DNA of 35,569 bases from a virus (lineage: Duplodnaviria > Caudoviricetes). The stretch is from positions 1-35,569 of the IMG/VR virus record IMGVR_UViG_3300011339_000909; one strand, written 5' to 3'. Positions 24,957 through 35,300 of this stretch are shown here, in pieces; the stretch's first letter is position 1; each line of letters begins with the position of its first letter. The position numbers and the translations under genes are program-made. Under the pieces are notes generated by a model that saw only the letters and a list, made by a program, of their open reading frames with translations, searched no databases and was not told the origin of the DNA.

Positions 24957-26573
24957 ATGGTAGAAACATCTGGACTGGGCTATTCGCCCAAGGACTTAAA
25001 GTTTGGTACTGAGGGTAGGACCAAATTGATTAGCGGCATCGTCAAGATGTCCAAGGCTGTTAAGTCAACTCTCGGCCCTTCGGGCAATACGGTGTTGATA
25101 GAGAGTCCGCATCACACACATGGCATTACTGTAACTAAGGATGGGGTGACTGTCGCCAAGTCTATTGACTTGATAGACCCTGTTGAGAACCTTGCGGTAA
25201 GAATGATGAAGGAGGCTGCTGACAAGACTGCGACCTCTGCTGGTGACGGCACGACTACTGCTATAGTGTTGACTGAGGGCTTGGTGTTAGGAGGCCTTGA
25301 GCACATCACCGAGGGCATGAACAGAACGGAGGTATTGAGAGAGATGGTGGACATAAGTGCTAAGGTGGTGGACAAGCTACGCAAGAAGAGTAAGAAGGTA
25401 ACGACATCTATGTTAGTAGACGTAGCCGCTATAAGCGCTAACAATGACCGGGAGATAGGCAAGATTATATCTGAGGTGTACAAGGAGGTCGGCAAGAGTG
25501 GCGTAGTAACTGTTGAGCGGAGCCAAACTAGTGAGACCTATTCCCAGACTACTAAGGGACTAAAAATTGACAGGGGCTATTTGAGCCATTTGTTCGTCAA
25601 TGACGTGAAGAAGGACGAGTGTGTGTTCGATGACGTGATGGTCTTGGTGGCTGACATTGAGATAGCCAACATTTTGCAGATTGAGAACGTGTTGAAGCCA
25701 ATAATTTCCGAGGGGAAGAAGCTGCTCATCATCTCTCCGTGCAATGTGAACGTGGTGAATACGCTGGCGGCCAATAGCATGAAGGGAAATTTGAAGGTGG
25801 TGGCTGTTGCTCCACCGAATTTTGGCTACAAGCAGCATGAGTTGATGCAGGACATTGCGGTCAGCGTGGGTGCTACGTACTTTAGTGAGAAGACGGGTGA
25901 TGATTTGAGTCTTATTAATTACCTTGACTTGGGTCATGCGGCAAAAGTCATCGTTGGCAAGGACAAAACAATAATTATTCGCAGTAATGTAAAAGTTGAC
26001 CAAGGGTCAATAGACGAGAGAGTCGCACAACTGTGGCAATTGCATGAGCAGAGCACGAGAAAAGTGGACAAGGACTTCATTTTGGAGCGCATTGCCTCGC
26101 TTACTGGGGGCATTGGGGTAATATTTGTGGGCGGCCAGACTGACTTGGAGCAGAAGGAGCTCTATGACAGGGTCGATGACGCTGTGTGTGCGGTTAGGTC
26201 CGCTCTTGAGGAGGGCATATTGCCCGGGGCAGGCAAGGCATTGCTCGATGAAAGCGCTGATTTATTTGACTCTGAGTCAAAAAGTGCTGAGCATACCGCT
26301 GCATTGCACATTGTGCGCAACGCATTGATGGCTCCCTTCCAGCAAATCCTTGCAAATGCTGGCCTAAAGCCAAGTGACGTGTATAAAGACGGTACACCGG
26401 TGGGTCACGGCTACAATTTGAAGACGGGTCAAGTTGGGGACCTAGTGGCGATGGGCGTCATAGACCCATTTAAGGTGACACGCTCAGCGTTGCAGAACGC
26501 AATCAGCGTTGCGGTCACTATATTGAGCACAAATGCAATCATCACAATGGCACGGAGCTATGACGCAGAGTAA
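24957..26573 (+). CDS. groEL: Chaperonin GroEL (phage-encoded)
   Basis: TLGPSG, VTKDGVTVAKSI, AGDGTTTA, EEGILPGAG, GVIDPFKV; no GGM tail. Confidence 0.97.
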   Translation: MVETSGLGYSPKDLKFGTEGRTKLISGIVKMSKAVKSTLGPSGNTVLIESPHHTHGITVTKDGVTVAKSIDLIDPVENLAVRMMKEAADKTATSAGDGTTTAIVLTEGLVLGGLEHITEGMNRTEVLREMVDISAKVVDKLRKKSKKVTTSMLVDVAAISANNDREIGKIISEVYKEVGKSGVVTVERSQTSETYSQTTKGLKIDRGYLSHLFVNDVKKDECVFDDVMVLVADIEIANILQIENVLKPIISEGKKLLIISPCNVNVVNTLAANSMKGNLKVVAVAPPNFGYKQHELMQDIAVSVGATYFSEKTGDDLSLINYLDLGHAAKVIVGKDKTIIIRSNVKVDQGSIDERVAQLWQLHEQSTRKVDKDFILERIASLTGGIGVIFVGGQTDLEQKELYDRVDDAVCAVRSALEEGILPGAGKALLDESADLFDSESKSAEHTAALHIVRNALMAPFQQILANAGLKPSDVYKDGTPVGHGYNLKTGQVGDLVAMGVIDPFKVTRSALQNAISVAVTILSTNAIITMARSYDAE

Positions 26574-26811
26574 ACTTGAACAAATACTTGAGCTGTATCC
26601 AGACGATACGTTCAAGATAGCGGATGGCTTTGATGATGCCATCATTGGCGTTGATGACAATAATCTAAAAATTGTCTACGACATTTACAAAGTCATTGAC
26701 ATACTCATAAAAGATGGGATGACCGATGATGAGGCAATTGAGTTCTACGAGTACAACATTGCAGGCTCCTACGTTGGGGAGAATACGCCATCATTTATAA
26801 GACTACTATGA
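26560..26811 (+). CDS. Conserved acidic phage protein
   Basis: ADGFDDAIIGV...EAIEFYEYNIAGSYVGENTP; overlaps both groEL and groES. Confidence 0.75.
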   Translation: MTQSKLEQILELYPDDTFKIADGFDDAIIGVDDNNLKIVYDIYKVIDILIKDGMTDDEAIEFYEYNIAGSYVGENTPSFIRLL

Positions 26812-27065
26812 GACCAATAGGGAAATATATTATTGTTAAGGACATACAGGAGGAGATTAAGACCGAGAGTGGTCTAATCCTATCTGGTGAGGACGCCAAT
26901 CAGCTGCGATACAAGCGTGCTGAGGTGATTGCTGTAGGCACAGACGTGGACGTCATTGATGAGATGGACGAGCTATACTACGATAAAGCACATAGCTTCA
27001 CGATGCTAATTAATAACGAGCAGTTCACAATTATTTCTGAGCGTGACGTAGTGGTGGTGCTTTAA
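26808..27065 (+). CDS. groES: Co-chaperonin GroES
   Basis: MRPIGKYIIV, KTESGLIL mobile loop, AEVIAVG, IISERDVV. Confidence 0.9.
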   Translation: MRPIGKYIIVKDIQEEIKTESGLILSGEDANQLRYKRAEVIAVGTDVDVIDEMDELYYDKAHSFTMLINNEQFTIISERDVVVVL

Positions 27066-27526
27066 CCATCGTTGTCATCCTCTTTGATTGGCTTACGATA
27101 CTTGTTGGCCCTGTTGTAGGCGTTCATTTCAAGTATCATATTCCGATAGACCTTATCATTGTAGGAGACATTCTTTAGGAACATGGGGTTGAAGGAGAGA
27201 CTGGTCGGTATCTCCTCGCCTTCAAGCTTTCGATAGATGTCTCTTACTAAATTTTTTGCCTTGTCGCTCAAAGAGTACAGGGCCCGGCCGTCAGCGCCTC
27301 TCCTTCTGAAGCGTTCAAGCCACTTTTCTCTTAATAGGCTGGCAAATCGGTCCTTATCCCAGCTAACTAGCTGCACATATTGCTCAAACTTCTCTTTACC
27401 AAAATATCCTTCGGAGTACAGGAACAGGATTATGTCAAGGTCTGCTTGACTTATCTGGTGCTTGGCCTTAACGTAATATCTGATTACACGCCAAAACTTT
27501 AGGTAGTCACTTGGTGTTGATTTCAT
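27062..27526 (-). CDS. Probable winged-helix (MarR-like) DNA-binding protein
   Basis: ISQADLDIILFLY...SLLREKWLERF...ALYSLSDKAK; start at MKSTPS. Confidence 0.6.
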   Translation of the reverse strand: MKSTPSDYLKFWRVIRYYVKAKHQISQADLDIILFLYSEGYFGKEKFEQYVQLVSWDKDRFASLLREKWLERFRRRGADGRALYSLSDKAKNLVRDIYRKLEGEEIPTSLSFNPMFLKNVSYNDKVYRNMILEMNAYNRANKYRKPIKEDDNDG

Positions 27527-27575
27527 TAATTTAATTTTATTACATTTGTAAAGCAAAGGTAAATAAATTATACTT

Positions 27576-27809
27576 ATGGCAGAGAAGAAGAAATCCGAAG
27601 AGAAATCAACTGAGGAGGAGGTTAAAAGCCTACGCAGTGAGCTTGATGTAATTACCTTTAAGAACAAGCAGGCTAGAGAGATTGCTGCTATTCAAGCCGG
27701 CAAAGAGAAGCTAAAGGATAAGCTCTCTAAGAACAGAGAGCGTAGGGTTGGTGGGGCTAACAGAGTATCTGGCTTGGGTAAATTACAAGGATTAGCTACA
27801 TTTAAATAA
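27576..27809 (+). CDS. Small basic protein
   Basis: K/R/E-rich; follows the TACATTTG box. Confidence 0.65.
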   Translation: MAEKKKSEEKSTEEEVKSLRSELDVITFKNKQAREIAAIQAGKEKLKDKLSKNRERRVGGANRVSGLGKLQGLATFK

Positions 27810-27841
27810 AAAGATTATTAATTTTAAAACAAAACAAAAAA

Positions 27842-28033
27842 ATGAAAAAGGACATTCCTAATCTTCCTGCATCTTCCAAGTTGCAACCTCCTTCAGGACC
27901 TGTTGGGCCTACAATTAAAGGAGCATTAAAAGCCAAGCCTTTGGCTATGTCAGGTGGCGTACCATCTAAGGGTGCTAAGTCTGCAATTAAATCAGGTGGC
28001 GTAGCCAAGAAAATGGGCAAGAAATCTAAGTAA
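27842..28033 (+). CDS. Small Lys/Gly/Pro-rich protein
   Basis: A-rich start context. Confidence 0.65.
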   Translation: MKKDIPNLPASSKLQPPSGPVGPTIKGALKAKPLAMSGGVPSKGAKSAIKSGGVAKKMGKKSK

Positions 28034-28035
28034 TC

Positions 28036-28254
28036 ATGGCAGCAATGAAAGCAATGGGCCCGGGCGATAGAGTCGCAAGAGCCAATAAGAAATTAGGTAA
28101 AGCTGTTTCAAAACTTCCTGCAAGCAGAGATACTCCGATTGAAAGAAGAGAGAAGATGGCAAACATTGAGAAGACCAATGTTAAGGTTGCAAAAAAAGTA
28201 GATAAATTTGCAAAAGCTGTAGTTAAACAAGCTGTAAAAAGTAAAATGAAATAA
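28036..28254 (+). CDS. Small Lys/Ala-rich protein
   Basis: Adjacent ORF. Confidence 0.65.
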   Translation: MAAMKAMGPGDRVARANKKLGKAVSKLPASRDTPIERREKMANIEKTNVKVAKKVDKFAKAVVKQAVKSKMK

Positions 28255-28256
28255 CA

Positions 28257-28412
28257 ATGTCAAAGGCTAAAGAAGAAGTAAAGTCAGGACTAGTAGAGAA
28301 CGAGGTAGCTGAAAAGTCACCAGTTGTAAAGAATATTCCTGTAGCTAAAGTAGAGAAAGTACAGGAGGCTCCGGCTGACCCGGGTAACACTACTAGAGCA
28401 TTTAGAAGCTAA
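28257..28412 (+). CDS. Hypothetical protein, 51 aa (not in ORF track)
   Basis: MSKAKEEVK...TRAFRS*; TAATG overlap. Confidence 0.6.
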   Translation: MSKAKEEVKSGLVENEVAEKSPVVKNIPVAKVEKVQEAPADPGNTTRAFRS

Positions 28413-28702
28413 TGGCTGATAAGTCAAAGATGTCATGTAACCGTCCTGTTGCTTCGGATAGACCGGGCAAGAAGAAGATGGTTAAGGCCTGTTCCAATGG
28501 GGAGGAGAAGCTCCTTCACTTTGGAGCAAAGGGCTATGGTCATAATTATAGTGCTGCTGCTCGTAAGAGCTTCAAGGCAAGACATGGGTGTGACTCAGCT
28601 AATGACAAGCTAACACCAAAGTATTGGGCCTGTAAGAACCTATGGGCAGGGCCGGGAGGCTCAACCAAATCATCACCTAAAGGTCGTAGAGGCAAATACT
28701 AA
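28412..28702 (+). CDS. Conserved basic phage protein
   Basis: KLLHFGAKG...RKSFKARHGC...LTPKYWAC. Confidence 0.75.
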   Translation: MADKSKMSCNRPVASDRPGKKKMVKACSNGEEKLLHFGAKGYGHNYSAAARKSFKARHGCDSANDKLTPKYWACKNLWAGPGGSTKSSPKGRRGKY

Positions 28703-29037
28703 TGAAAGACGCTTGCTACAAAAAAGTAAAGGCATCGTATGATGTGTTCCCTTCAGCTAGGGCTTCACAGGCTATTGCCAAGTGTCGTAAGGCATCAGGC
28801 AATGTAGTTAAGTCTGAGAAGGGCTCTAGCTTAAAGCGTTGGGAGAAAGAGAAGTGGCAAGACACTAAGAGCGGTAAGGCCTGTGGTGCTGGCGGTAAGA
28901 ATGAATATTGCCGTCCAACAACACGAGTATCTTCTCAAACACCAAAGACGAAGAGTGAGATTAGCCCATCAAAATTATCTACTAAAAAAGCTGAGAAGTC
29001 AAGAGTAGGTATGGGTAAAAGAGTTTCAAAAGTTTAG
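28702..29037 (+). CDS. Conserved basic phage protein
   Basis: DACYKKVK...PSARAS...LKRWEKEKW...GKACG...YCRP. Confidence 0.75.
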   Translation: MKDACYKKVKASYDVFPSARASQAIAKCRKASGNVVKSEKGSSLKRWEKEKWQDTKSGKACGAGGKNEYCRPTTRVSSQTPKTKSEISPSKLSTKKAEKSRVGMGKRVSKV

Positions 29038-29065
29038 TATATTTGGAAAATAAAAATCAAATCAA

Positions 29066-29470
29066 ATGGCAACAAAAGTAAACAAATCAAATGCAGAGTT
29101 ATTGGAGCTAGTGCGTGCACTTAACGTAACCCCTGTAGAAAAAGGTAGCAAGGCTGAGGTTAAGCTAAAAAAGATTGCGGAAAAAATTAAGCCGCTATTC
29201 GAGAGTTACAACGAGAAGCGTGAGGACATCCGTCTTGACAATGCCCACACTGAATCAAATGGTGTGTTGGACTTGAACGAGAAGGGGGACTACAAGTTCA
29301 CCAAGGATGGCATCAAGGCTATGGCTAAAGACATGAAGAAGCTTCTTGACGAAGAGTTTGAGTTTTATCAGTTTACATTTTCAAGTGAAGGCATCGAAAG
29401 CTTCAAGTTCCTCGCAGGATGGGTTGAAGGCATAGAGCCTGAGCAACCCTCCGAAGGCGATGAAGAATAA
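29066..29470 (+). CDS. Hypothetical protein
   Basis: Own TATATTTG box and AATCAAATCAAATG start. Confidence 0.75.
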   Translation: MATKVNKSNAELLELVRALNVTPVEKGSKAEVKLKKIAEKIKPLFESYNEKREDIRLDNAHTESNGVLDLNEKGDYKFTKDGIKAMAKDMKKLLDEEFEFYQFTFSSEGIESFKFLAGWVEGIEPEQPSEGDEE

Positions 29471-29499
29471 AGTAATTACACAACAAGCGTAATAAACAA

Positions 29500-29535
29500 G
29501 GCATCAGCTCTATCTGGGTTGATGCCATTATTTCT
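29500..29535 (+). terminator. Hairpin, possible terminator
   Basis: GGCATCAGC/GTTGATGCC with a weak T tract. Confidence 0.45.
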
Positions 29536-29544
29536 TATAATGAT

Positions 29545-29700
29545 ATGAAAAGCAAAGGACTAGGAGATACGATTGAAAAGGTTACTAAAGCTACTGGAAT
29601 TAAAAAAGTAGTCGAAGCAGTTAGCGAAGCCACAGGTAAAGATTGTGGATGCAAGGCACGCAGAGACGCATTAAATAGAGCATTTCCTTATAAACAATAA
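29545..29700 (+). CDS. Small conserved phage protein, 51 aa (not in ORF track)
   Basis: MKSKGLGDTIEKVTKATGIKK...DCGCKARRDALN. Confidence 0.75.
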   Translation: MKSKGLGDTIEKVTKATGIKKVVEAVSEATGKDCGCKARRDALNRAFPYKQ

Positions 29701-29705
29701 AAATT

Positions 29706-30197
29706 ATGTCAGTATTTAAAACAACTTTCTCAAGAGCATTAACGGTTGTAAGAACCAACAGTGCTAATATTCCTTTCCCAGCTGAAAACGCAAGTGGAAT
29801 AAATACATCTGTTTCAGGTTTTTTTCTTATAGACTCTGCTGCAACATTTGTTACAAATAATGTTAAAACTGGTGACATTGTTTACAATACAACAGATTCA
29901 CTTGCGGCAACAGTCCTTGAGGTTGTTAGTGAAACAGAATTGATTTTAAATGCTGGCATTTTTGCTTTTACAGATAAAGCCTATATTGTTTATCAAGCAA
30001 GTTCTCAGACTACTATTGGCAACGTAGGATGTTATCTATACATTGGAACAGCAGGTAACGTAAGAGTTACTACCATTGGAGGAGATATAATTACTTTCTT
30101 TGGAGTTCTTGCAGGAACAGTATTGCCAGTACAAGTGATTAAGCTTTGGGCAGTTTCTAGCGGTACTTCTGCTAACAACATTGTAGCTCTTTGGTAA
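29706..30197 (+). CDS. Probable structural beta-rich protein
   Basis: LYIGTAGNVRV...GTVLPVQV...IVALW. Confidence 0.65.
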   Translation: MSVFKTTFSRALTVVRTNSANIPFPAENASGINTSVSGFFLIDSAATFVTNNVKTGDIVYNTTDSLAATVLEVVSETELILNAGIFAFTDKAYIVYQASSQTTIGNVGCYLYIGTAGNVRVTTIGGDIITFFGVLAGTVLPVQVIKLWAVSSGTSANNIVALW

Positions 30198-30198
30198 G

Positions 30199-30336
30199 AT
30201 GGCAAAGGCTAAGATTTCAATTGCAAGCACATACGTTAAGAAGTCAAATAGTAGAGGTGTGGCTGCTAAGACAAAGACTAGCACTAGCAAAGGGAGTAAG
30301 CTTTATAAGAAGCCATATAAAGGGCAAGGACGATGA
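30199..30336 (+). CDS. Small basic protein, 45 aa (not in ORF track)
   Basis: MAKAK...YKKPYKGQGR*; ATGA overlap with holin. Confidence 0.7.
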   Translation: MAKAKISIASTYVKKSNSRGVAAKTKTSTSKGSKLYKKPYKGQGR

Positions 30337-30764
30337 AATATCTTCAATACATATTCGCATCCATCTTACTCCTATTCTCCCCCATATACGGGCTATTAAT
30401 AGCTGTAGCGGCAGCAATTATTCTTGATACTATCACAGGAATATTTAAGTCAATTAAAATAAACGGTTGGTCAAGCATAAGGAGCAGGAAGTTGTCGAAT
30501 ATAGTTAGTAAGATGCTTCTTTATGAAGTATGCATATTGTTTCTTTTTTTGATGGACAAATTTCTTTTGAACGAATTTGTCAAGTCTGCTTTTGGATTTG
30601 AGTTCATGTTCACCAAAATCTGTGCAATCCTGTTGATGTTTATTGAGCTAGTTTCGATTAAAGAGAATATTGAAGAAGGGTTTAAGATTAACATCTGGGC
30701 TTTGCTTAAGCGACTTTTAAATAGAGCCAAAGAAATAAAGTCAGATATTGACGATATAAAATGA
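30333..30764 (+). CDS. Holin (family 4-like)
   Basis: About 3 TM segments; DTITGI, IRSRKL, ELVSIKEN; precedes endolysin. Confidence 0.85.
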   Translation: MKYLQYIFASILLLFSPIYGLLIAVAAAIILDTITGIFKSIKINGWSSIRSRKLSNIVSKMLLYEVCILFLFLMDKFLLNEFVKSAFGFEFMFTKICAILLMFIELVSIKENIEEGFKINIWALLKRLLNRAKEIKSDIDDIK

Positions 30765-31243
30765 AAATATCTAAGCATTTATCTCTTGCTGAAGTAACTA
30801 GAAGTGAAACTGCAAAGCGTAATGGAATAGATAATACACCTACAGCAGAGCACTTGGAGAATTTTAAGTTGCTTGCTGAAAAAGTATTTGAGCCTATTCG
30901 TGCTCACTTTAAAGTTCCTATTCATATCAGCTCTGGGTACAGGTCACAGGCTCTTAATAAATTCATTAAGGGCAGTGCATCATCTCAGCATTGTAAGGGT
31001 GAAGCCATTGACATCGACATGGATGGAACTAGTGGAGATGTAACTAATTTTGACATCTTTAGTTACATTAAAGATAATCTAGATTTTGACCAAGTAATCT
31101 CAGAATTCCCTGAGAATGGTAATCCCGCTTGGGTTCACGTCAGTTACGTTAAAATCGGAAACAGGAAACAAATCTTAGTAGCTAAAAGGATTGCTAGGGC
31201 AACTAAGTATATTTCATATAAATCAGATGCCGATTTAAAATAA
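30761..31243 (+). CDS. Endolysin, peptidase M15
   Basis: ISSGYRS, SQHCKGEAID, WVHVSY. Confidence 0.92.
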   Translation: MKISKHLSLAEVTRSETAKRNGIDNTPTAEHLENFKLLAEKVFEPIRAHFKVPIHISSGYRSQALNKFIKGSASSQHCKGEAIDIDMDGTSGDVTNFDIFSYIKDNLDFDQVISEFPENGNPAWVHVSYVKIGNRKQILVAKRIARATKYISYKSDADLK

Positions 31244-31881
31244 TGGCATATTTATATCGGCATATCAGGCTTGACAAGAATGTCCCTTTTTATATTGGAA
31301 TAGGGAAAAGTGATTCTGATTTTAATAGGGCTTACTCCCATAAAAATAGAAATGTTTATTGGAATAACATTGTCAATTTTACGGATTACAGGGTTGAAAT
31401 AATGCTTGATGATATCACATGGAAACAGGCTTGTGAAAAAGAAATTGAGTTTATTAATTTATACAAGAAAAATACAGAAAATGGTACTCTTTGCAATATT
31501 TCATATGGGGGGGATGGTGGATTTTTAAGTAAAGAAATTAATGAAAAAAGAAAACGTACTTTAACAGGACACATAGTTAGCCAAGAGACTAGGGATAAAA
31601 TTAGTTTAAAGGCAAAAGGAAGAAAAGCCTCTGACCAAACAAAATCTAAAATGTCTTTGGCTCACAAAAAAAATAAAACAGGAAGTTGGTTAGAAAGTAA
31701 AGACCATAAAAATGGAAGAGCATTTAAAGTTTATCAGTATTCTTTAGATGGAGTTTTTTTAAAAGAATGGGAATGTGCTCAATATGCTGTTAAATTTTAC
31801 AACATGAACAAAACGGGAATAACAGATTGTTTAAAAGGAAGGCAAAAATCTGCAAAAGGATATATATGGAAAATAAAGTAA
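31243..31881 (+). mobile_element. Free-standing GIY-YIG-type homing endonuclease gene with NUMOD3/NUMOD1-like tail
   Basis: YLYRH...FYIGIG...RA...E...N...GGDG; SQETRDKIS and SDQTKSKMS; VYQYSLDG...GYIWK; AT-rich. Confidence 0.8.
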
Positions 31882-32330
31882 GACTTCTTACATTAATCTG
31901 CCTTAGCCTTCTAGTTTTTTCGTGCTCTACGAAGAAGGTAGCTGTATCTAAAAATGAAGTAGAGACAATCACAGACAGCGTTGTTGTAGAGAAGAAGGAC
32001 AGCGTTGCTGTTCAGCAGAACGCAATCAGTATTAAAGAAGACATTGATGAGATTCAGGTTGTCCCAATAGACAACACAAAGCCTATAGTCATTGGAGGAA
32101 AGGAGTACTTTAATGCTGCGGTAAAAATTAAAAACACCAAGCGTGATGTTGTAGACACTACAAAAACAACTGTTGCTGTTGCTGACTACAATCAAACCGA
32201 GGTAAGCAAAGAAGAGAGCAAAGAGACTTATGAGAAGTCAGTAGACAAGAAGCCTAGCTTACTAAACATGGCATGGCTGCTGCTAATTCCAATCGTCATT
32301 TTGTCTATTAGATTCTTCTTTAAAAAATAA
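31866..32330 (+). CDS. Unimolecular-spanin-like lipoprotein
   Basis: Lipobox-type signal LLVFS-C, beta-rich middle, C-terminal TM segment; ends the lysis cassette. Confidence 0.65.
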   Translation: MENKVRLLTLICLSLLVFSCSTKKVAVSKNEVETITDSVVVEKKDSVAVQQNAISIKEDIDEIQVVPIDNTKPIVIGGKEYFNAAVKIKNTKRDVVDTTKTTVAVADYNQTEVSKEESKETYEKSVDKKPSLLNMAWLLLIPIVILSIRFFFKK

Positions 32331-32370
32331 GGCTTATCTTTAGTATATTTGTTCAATTACTTGATAGCGA

Positions 32371-35300
32371 ATGGCACGGATAAGTACATACCCCATAGTT
32401 TCTATACCTACCCTCAACGACTTGTTGATAGGTACGGACGTAGAGAACCTAAATGAGACCAAAAACTTTTCTTTAGGGGATATTAGTGGGCTAATTAGTC
32501 AGGGATTTGTGCCTTATGTTGGAGCTACTGGTAACGTAAACCTTGGAGCATTTAACATTACTGCTGCTTCTTTTATTATCCCCGGAGGACTTGCTACACA
32601 ATTTGTTAAGGCTGATGGTAGCTTAGATAGTACAGCCTATACCCCACAGACAAGAACGCTTACAATTAATGGCGTAACATATAACCTCTCTGCGAACAGG
32701 TCTTGGGATTTAAATACTGTTGACACGCTTACTACAATTGGTACCAGCGGTGCTGCTACTTATATTGGTAAGACTCTTAATATCCCACAGTATCAGGCAC
32801 AGGGAGCTTACATCACTCAACTTTCTGGAGAGGCAACTGCGGTTGGCCCCGGCAATGCTGCTGTTACTCTTAATAATGCTGCTGTAACAAGCAAGGTGTT
32901 AACAGGGCTGAACGTAACAGGCGGCACTGTAGTATCTACAGACACCATCTTGCAGGCATTTGGCAAGGTTCAGAACCAGATTAATGGTCTAGCAGGTGGC
33001 GTTGAGTACCAAGGCGTATGGAATGCAGCTACGAACACTCCGTTTCTACAGAGTTCAGTAGGCGTGCAGGGCTACTATTATGTAGTCAATGTAGCTGGTA
33101 ATACTAATTTGAATGGGATTACTGACTGGCAGGTAGGCGACTGGGCGATATTCAATGGGTCAACTTGGGACAAGGTAGACAACACTGATGCTGTAGTAAG
33201 TGTGAATGGGTACGTAGGTGCTGTTGTGCTTACTGCTAGTGATGTCGGTGCCGTCCCTATTACAAGAACGCTTACAATTAATGGGGTTGGGTACAACTTA
33301 TCTGCGGACAGGTCATGGACTGTAGGTGATGTACGTACAGACCAGACCTATGCTAACCCATCGTGGATTACTTCACTGGCATGGACTAAGATTACCGGTA
33401 CTCCTACCACATTAGCTGGATACGGGATTACTGATGGTGCATTAAACACCACTACTTTAACAATTAATGGAGTAACATTTAACCTCACTGCTAATAGAAC
33501 GTGGAACGTAGGTACAGTTACGTCAATTGCCACAACTGGACCCCTTACAGGGGGTACAATTACAGGTTCTGGCACAATTGGCATTACGCAGTCGAGTTCG
33601 ACTACGGATGGTTATCTGAGTTCGACCGATTGGAATATATTTAATGGCAAGCAGGCAGCGATATCAGTAACTGCTCCATTGACTTTTGTAGCAGGAGTGG
33701 TAGGTATTACACAGTCTGGTGCCTCAACAGATGGCTATTTGAGTTCTACCGATTGGAATACCTTTAACAGCAAGGTTGGGGGGAGTGGTACGCCAAATAC
33801 GTTACCGATGTGGGGTAGTTCTAGTTCATTAGTGAATAGCCCACTGTCTTATGCTGCTGATACGTTTAACTTCCAGTATAATAGTGCTACTGGGGGTACG
33901 GTAGTTTTTACAAATAGTAACGGTACAGCTTACGCTTATACCATTCAAATGAACAACTTCGGTTCTCCGAGGTCAACTATACATGGCTACACTGATGGGT
34001 TGGTGATTCAATCTATTGGAGGTACTCAGGTGTCTAGGATGTTTGCCAATGGCAATATGATTCTAGGAACTGGTACTGTAGAGACTGGTCATAAGATAAC
34101 CATTAGTGGAGACTTATTTGTAAATACAATTATCAATGCTGTTCTAGATACAGATAGATTTATTGTAAGTGATGGAGGGATAATTAAATACAGAACAGGT
34201 TCTGAGGTCTTAGCTGACATTGGAGCTCAAGGCTCTTTGACCTTAACTACCACAGGTACAAGTGGTGCTTCGACATTAATTGGCAACACATTAAATATAC
34301 CTCAGTATACGGACCAATTTGTAGGCACAGTTACAAGTGTAGGTCTTAGTATGCCTTTAGCATTTAATGTGTCTAATACCCCTATAACAAGCTCAGGGAC
34401 GATTACTGTAACTGGTGCAGGAACTGCATCTCAGTATGTAAGAGGTGATGGTACGTTGGCTGACTTTCCTTCAGGTGGAGGCGGTGGTGGCTCATCAGTA
34501 AGCTACTACTTGAATGGCTCAGTTAATCAGGGTACATTTGTAGGCAACGCTTATTACGAGATGAGTAAGACTCCTATTCTAGGAGCAGGGACTGACTTTA
34601 ATATTTCAACAAATGGATACATTGCTCAATTTATTACTGATGCAGGAGACCCTAATCAACTAGAGATACCTGCTGGTAACTGGAACTTTGAGACATATTT
34701 TAGTGCATCAAGTGGTGGAGGTACTCCTTCTTTTTATGTAGAGTTGTACAAGTACGATGGGACTACGTTTACGTTTATTGCATCTAACAGTACTAACCCT
34801 GAGTTAATTGCATTTGGAACTATTATCAATCCATACTTTTCTGCTTTAGCTGTACCTCAAACTTCTTTGTTGGTTACAGATAGATTGGCTATTAGAATTT
34901 ATGTCAATACTTCTGGCAGAACAATTACACTACACACAGAGAATGGGCACCTTTGCCAGATTATAACCACGTTCACTACTGGGTTGACTGCATTGAATGG
35001 GTTGACTACACAGGTTCAATACTTTCAAGTAGGGACTAGTGGTACTGACTTTAACATTGCAAGCGCAACTGCAACGCATACCTTTAATCTTCCTACTGCT
35101 TCAGCTACCAATCGAGGAGCTTTGAGTAGTGCTGATTGGACTATATTCAATGGCAAGCAGAACGCTATAACACTTACTACCACTGGAACGAGTGGAGTAT
35201 CTACCCTAGTAGGAAGCACTTTAAATATCCCTAACTACAGCACTGACTTAAGTGGTTACGTAACACTAGCTACCGACCAAACTATTACGGGGCTGAAGAC

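Noticed and set aside
25112-26397. ORFs overlapping groEL
   Set aside because: Antisense or alternate-frame shadows; the same applies to those inside ORF 1 and the primase.
31200-31900. Group I intron around the endonuclease
   Set aside because: Flanking genes are intact and overlap the ORF, leaving no room for an intron core.
33078-35219. Minus-strand ORFs in the track
   Set aside because: Antisense to the uninterrupted tail-fibre frame starting at 32371.
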